Part shown: positions 59,610 through 64,000 of the stretch, one piece after another
Position numbering within the stretch: position 1 is the stretch's first letter
Layout: every line of letters begins with the position of its first letter
Origin: an uncultured Planctomycetales bacterium
Lineage (GTDB): Bacteria; Omnitrophota; Gorgyraeia; Gygaellales; Profunditerraquicolaceae
Assembly (NCBI GenBank): GCA_964603585.1
Contig: CAZRVK010000002.1
Coordinates: 179,513-243,512, forward strand
DNA length: 64,000 bases
Direction: 5' to 3'
Translations under genes and position numbers: made by a program
The notes under the pieces: model-generated
Told to the model about the DNA's origin: nothing
Database searches by the model: none
The model's input: the letters and a program-made list of their open reading frames with translations, nothing else

Positions 59610-59645
59610 TTTTATCTCTTTTTCTGAAAGGTTAAAACCAAACCC

Positions 59646-62365
<2,720 letters not shown>

Positions 62366-62366
62366 A

Positions 62367-63458
62367 TTAACCAAGCCGCATCGGCAGAACAATATAAGTA
62401 TAATCATCCACACGGATAACGCCGGGTTTTTCACTATCCGTCAATTCAAAATTAATCTTTTCTTCCGATAGATTTTTTAAGACATCAATCAGATAATTCG
62501 GATTAAAACCAATAATCATCTCCTTGCCACGGTATTCCACTTTAACCTCTTCCCGTGATTCTCCTATATCCGGAGTGGATTTAGAAACCACCAATTTATC
62601 CTTAAATACTTCCAACTTAACCGCCTGATAATCCGGAGTAGAAAGAAGAGCCGCGCGCTTTACCGCCAAAAGGAATTGTTCCCTCTCAATACTGAATTTA
62701 TTCTCTGAAACTGCGGGAATAACCTGCCTAAAATCCGGGAATTCCCCCTCAATCAGCCGGGAGATCACCACTACTTGACCTAAATCAAAAAGTGCCTGGT
62801 TACTACCCAACAATATTGATAATTCCCCGGAATCTTTTAAGTTCCGGTTTAACTCTTGAATAGTCTTAATAGGTATAATAATATTAACTGCTTTCTCAAA
62901 ACCTTGCTGGATTTTTCTCTCTACAACTGCCAACCTTTTACCATCAGTAGCAACCAGGGTTAAAGTATTTTTTTCGATTTTAAAAAGGATCCCGTTTAAA
63001 ATATACCTAGTCTCATCAAAAGAAACAGCAAAGGCTGTTAACCCTAGCATGGTTTTTAATACCCCTTGGTCCAACTTAATAATTTCTTTATCTTTAAATT
63101 CTGGGAGTTTGGGAAACTCTTCTTTTCCTAACCCCATAATTTTAAATTGACATAATTCTGTTTCAATATTTACCTGATTATTTTTCTTTGTATTAACCAC
63201 TATCTCATTACTGGGTAATTCACGGATAATATCGCTAAACCTTTTAGCGGGAATGGTTATCGCTCCTGTCTCCAGGATATTAACAGGGATTAAACAGGTT
63301 ATACCTATATCTAAATCCGTTGCGGTTAACCTTAATTTATCTTGAAAAGTTTCAATTAATATGTTAGAAAGTATTGGTAATGCTGATTTTGGAGTAATGA
63401 CATTTTGTACTATTTGTATTCCGCCAACTAAAATTTCTTTATCTGCTTTAAACTTCAT
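62367..63458 (-). CDS. dnaN: DNA polymerase III beta sliding clamp
   Basis: 363 aa, three-domain clamp. Begins MKFKADKEILVGGIQIVQNV and shows the typical ..ATDG.RLA.. segments. Confidence 0.9.
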   Translation of the reverse strand: MKFKADKEILVGGIQIVQNVITPKSALPILSNILIETFQDKLRLTATDLDIGITCLIPVNILETGAITIPAKRFSDIIRELPSNEIVVNTKKNNQVNIETELCQFKIMGLGKEEFPKLPEFKDKEIIKLDQGVLKTMLGLTAFAVSFDETRYILNGILFKIEKNTLTLVATDGKRLAVVERKIQQGFEKAVNIIIPIKTIQELNRNLKDSGELSILLGSNQALFDLGQVVVISRLIEGEFPDFRQVIPAVSENKFSIEREQFLLAVKRAALLSTPDYQAVKLEVFKDKLVVSKSTPDIGESREEVKVEYRGKEMIIGFNPNYLIDVLKNLSEEKINFELTDSEKPGVIRVDDYTYIVLPMRLG

Positions 63459-63603
63459 TTTCCCTCCCTATTATTATTAATTAAATGGTATAAAAAAACT
63501 ATATAGTATTGGTAGTAATAGTGGTTTTGTTTCTGTTTAAAAGTTTTTAACCTGTTTAAATAACTATATTTACTTAAGTATTTATTTGTGGATATCTTTG
63601 GTA
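63459..63603. other. AT-rich dnaA-dnaN intergenic region (candidate oriC / DNA-unwinding element)
   Basis: 145 nt at >80% AT. Contains one DnaA-box-like 9-mer (TGTGGATAT at ~63589-63597; complement ATATCCACA matches TTATCCACA in 8 of 9 positions). Confidence 0.35.
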
Positions 63604-64000
63604 TTACTGCCGAAGTCCTTGAATAACCCGGGTAATCCGGTTTTTTAAAACCTCGTCTTTTTCCAAACCCTCTTTTATTTTATTATATGCGTGTAAAACA
63701 GTTGTGTGGTCCTTTCCTCCAAAAAAAGCCCCTATTTCCGGCAAAGAAAGATCGGTTAATTCCCGGCTGATATACATGGCTATCTGTCTGGGAAAAACCA
63801 CTGTTTTATTGCGGCGTTTGTTTTTCAGGTCCTGTAAGGATATTCCAAATTCTTCCGCAATACAACGCTGTATAAAATCAACCGTGATTAATTTTTTTGG
63901 TTCTCGCAACAGGTCTTTTAACACATCTTTCGCCAGATCTAAATTAATAACCTTTTCTTCTAATAAGGAATACGCGATAATACGGACTAATGCCCCTTCC
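63604..64000 (-). CDS. dnaA: chromosomal replication initiator DnaA (C-terminal part; N-terminus beyond window end)
   Basis: C-terminal DNA-binding domain ..KDHTTVLHAYNKIKEGLEKDEVLKNRITRVIQGL and upstream ..VFPRQIAMYISRELTDLSLPEIGAFFGG.. The reading frame stays open to position 64000. Confidence 0.9.
   Translation of the reverse strand, partial: EGALVRIIAYSLLEEKVINLDLAKDVLKDLLREPKKLITVDFIQRCIAEEFGISLQDLKNKRRNKTVVFPRQIAMYISRELTDLSLPEIGAFFGGKDHTTVLHAYNKIKEGLEKDEVLKNRITRVIQGLRQ

Overview
This 64 kb window is a bacterial, origin-proximal chromosome segment, about 40% GC. Essentially every gene is on the minus strand, ending in dnaA-dnaN-DUF721(DciA-like)-gyrB-gyrA at the high-coordinate edge. 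All four tRNA genes, tRNA-Asp(GUC), tRNA-Val(UAC), tRNA-Arg(CCG) and tRNA-Glu(UUC), are also on the minus strand. The six-frame track omits genes truncated at the window edges, and I re-derived three starts (pyrR, fpg, DUF721) by homology reasoning.

Contents from high to low coordinates:
- glmS and rsmI.
- A long pyrimidine/arginine operon: pyrR-pyrB-pyrC-PHP-tRNA-Arg-LOG-carA-carB-yjbQ-fpg-ICMT-pyrK-TSUP-pyrD-pyrF.
- A complete V-type ATPase operon (E-x-A-B-D-I-K) following directly.
- A tRNA-Val/tRNA-Asp pair split by a four-helix-bundle ('23S rRNA IVS protein') gene bracketed by inverted heptamer-repeat arrays.
- A CsaA-YkgJ-DUF2156 operon and a DnaQ-exonuclease::WYL fusion with a structured leader.
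- An envelope-type operon: transglutaminase-like lipoprotein, PilZ membrane protein, HhH-GPD glycosylase, hexokinase, outer-membrane barrel.
- A MoxR-DUF58-giant DUF4129 membrane-protein operon.
- A surface-glycan export cluster (MraY/WecA-like, FAD oxidoreductase, Wzm/Wzt) containing four radical-SAM/SPASM paralogues, one fused to a GT2 glycosyltransferase.

The most unusual signals are:
- the multi-radical-SAM glycan cluster;
- the IVS-like inverted-repeat element inside the tRNA cluster;
- a 5'-truncated second tRNA-Glu copy interrupted by two hairpin insertions;
- the exonuclease-WYL fusion;
- the tRNA-binding/aminoacyl-transferase-like operon.

No CRISPR array, integrase or transposase was seen.
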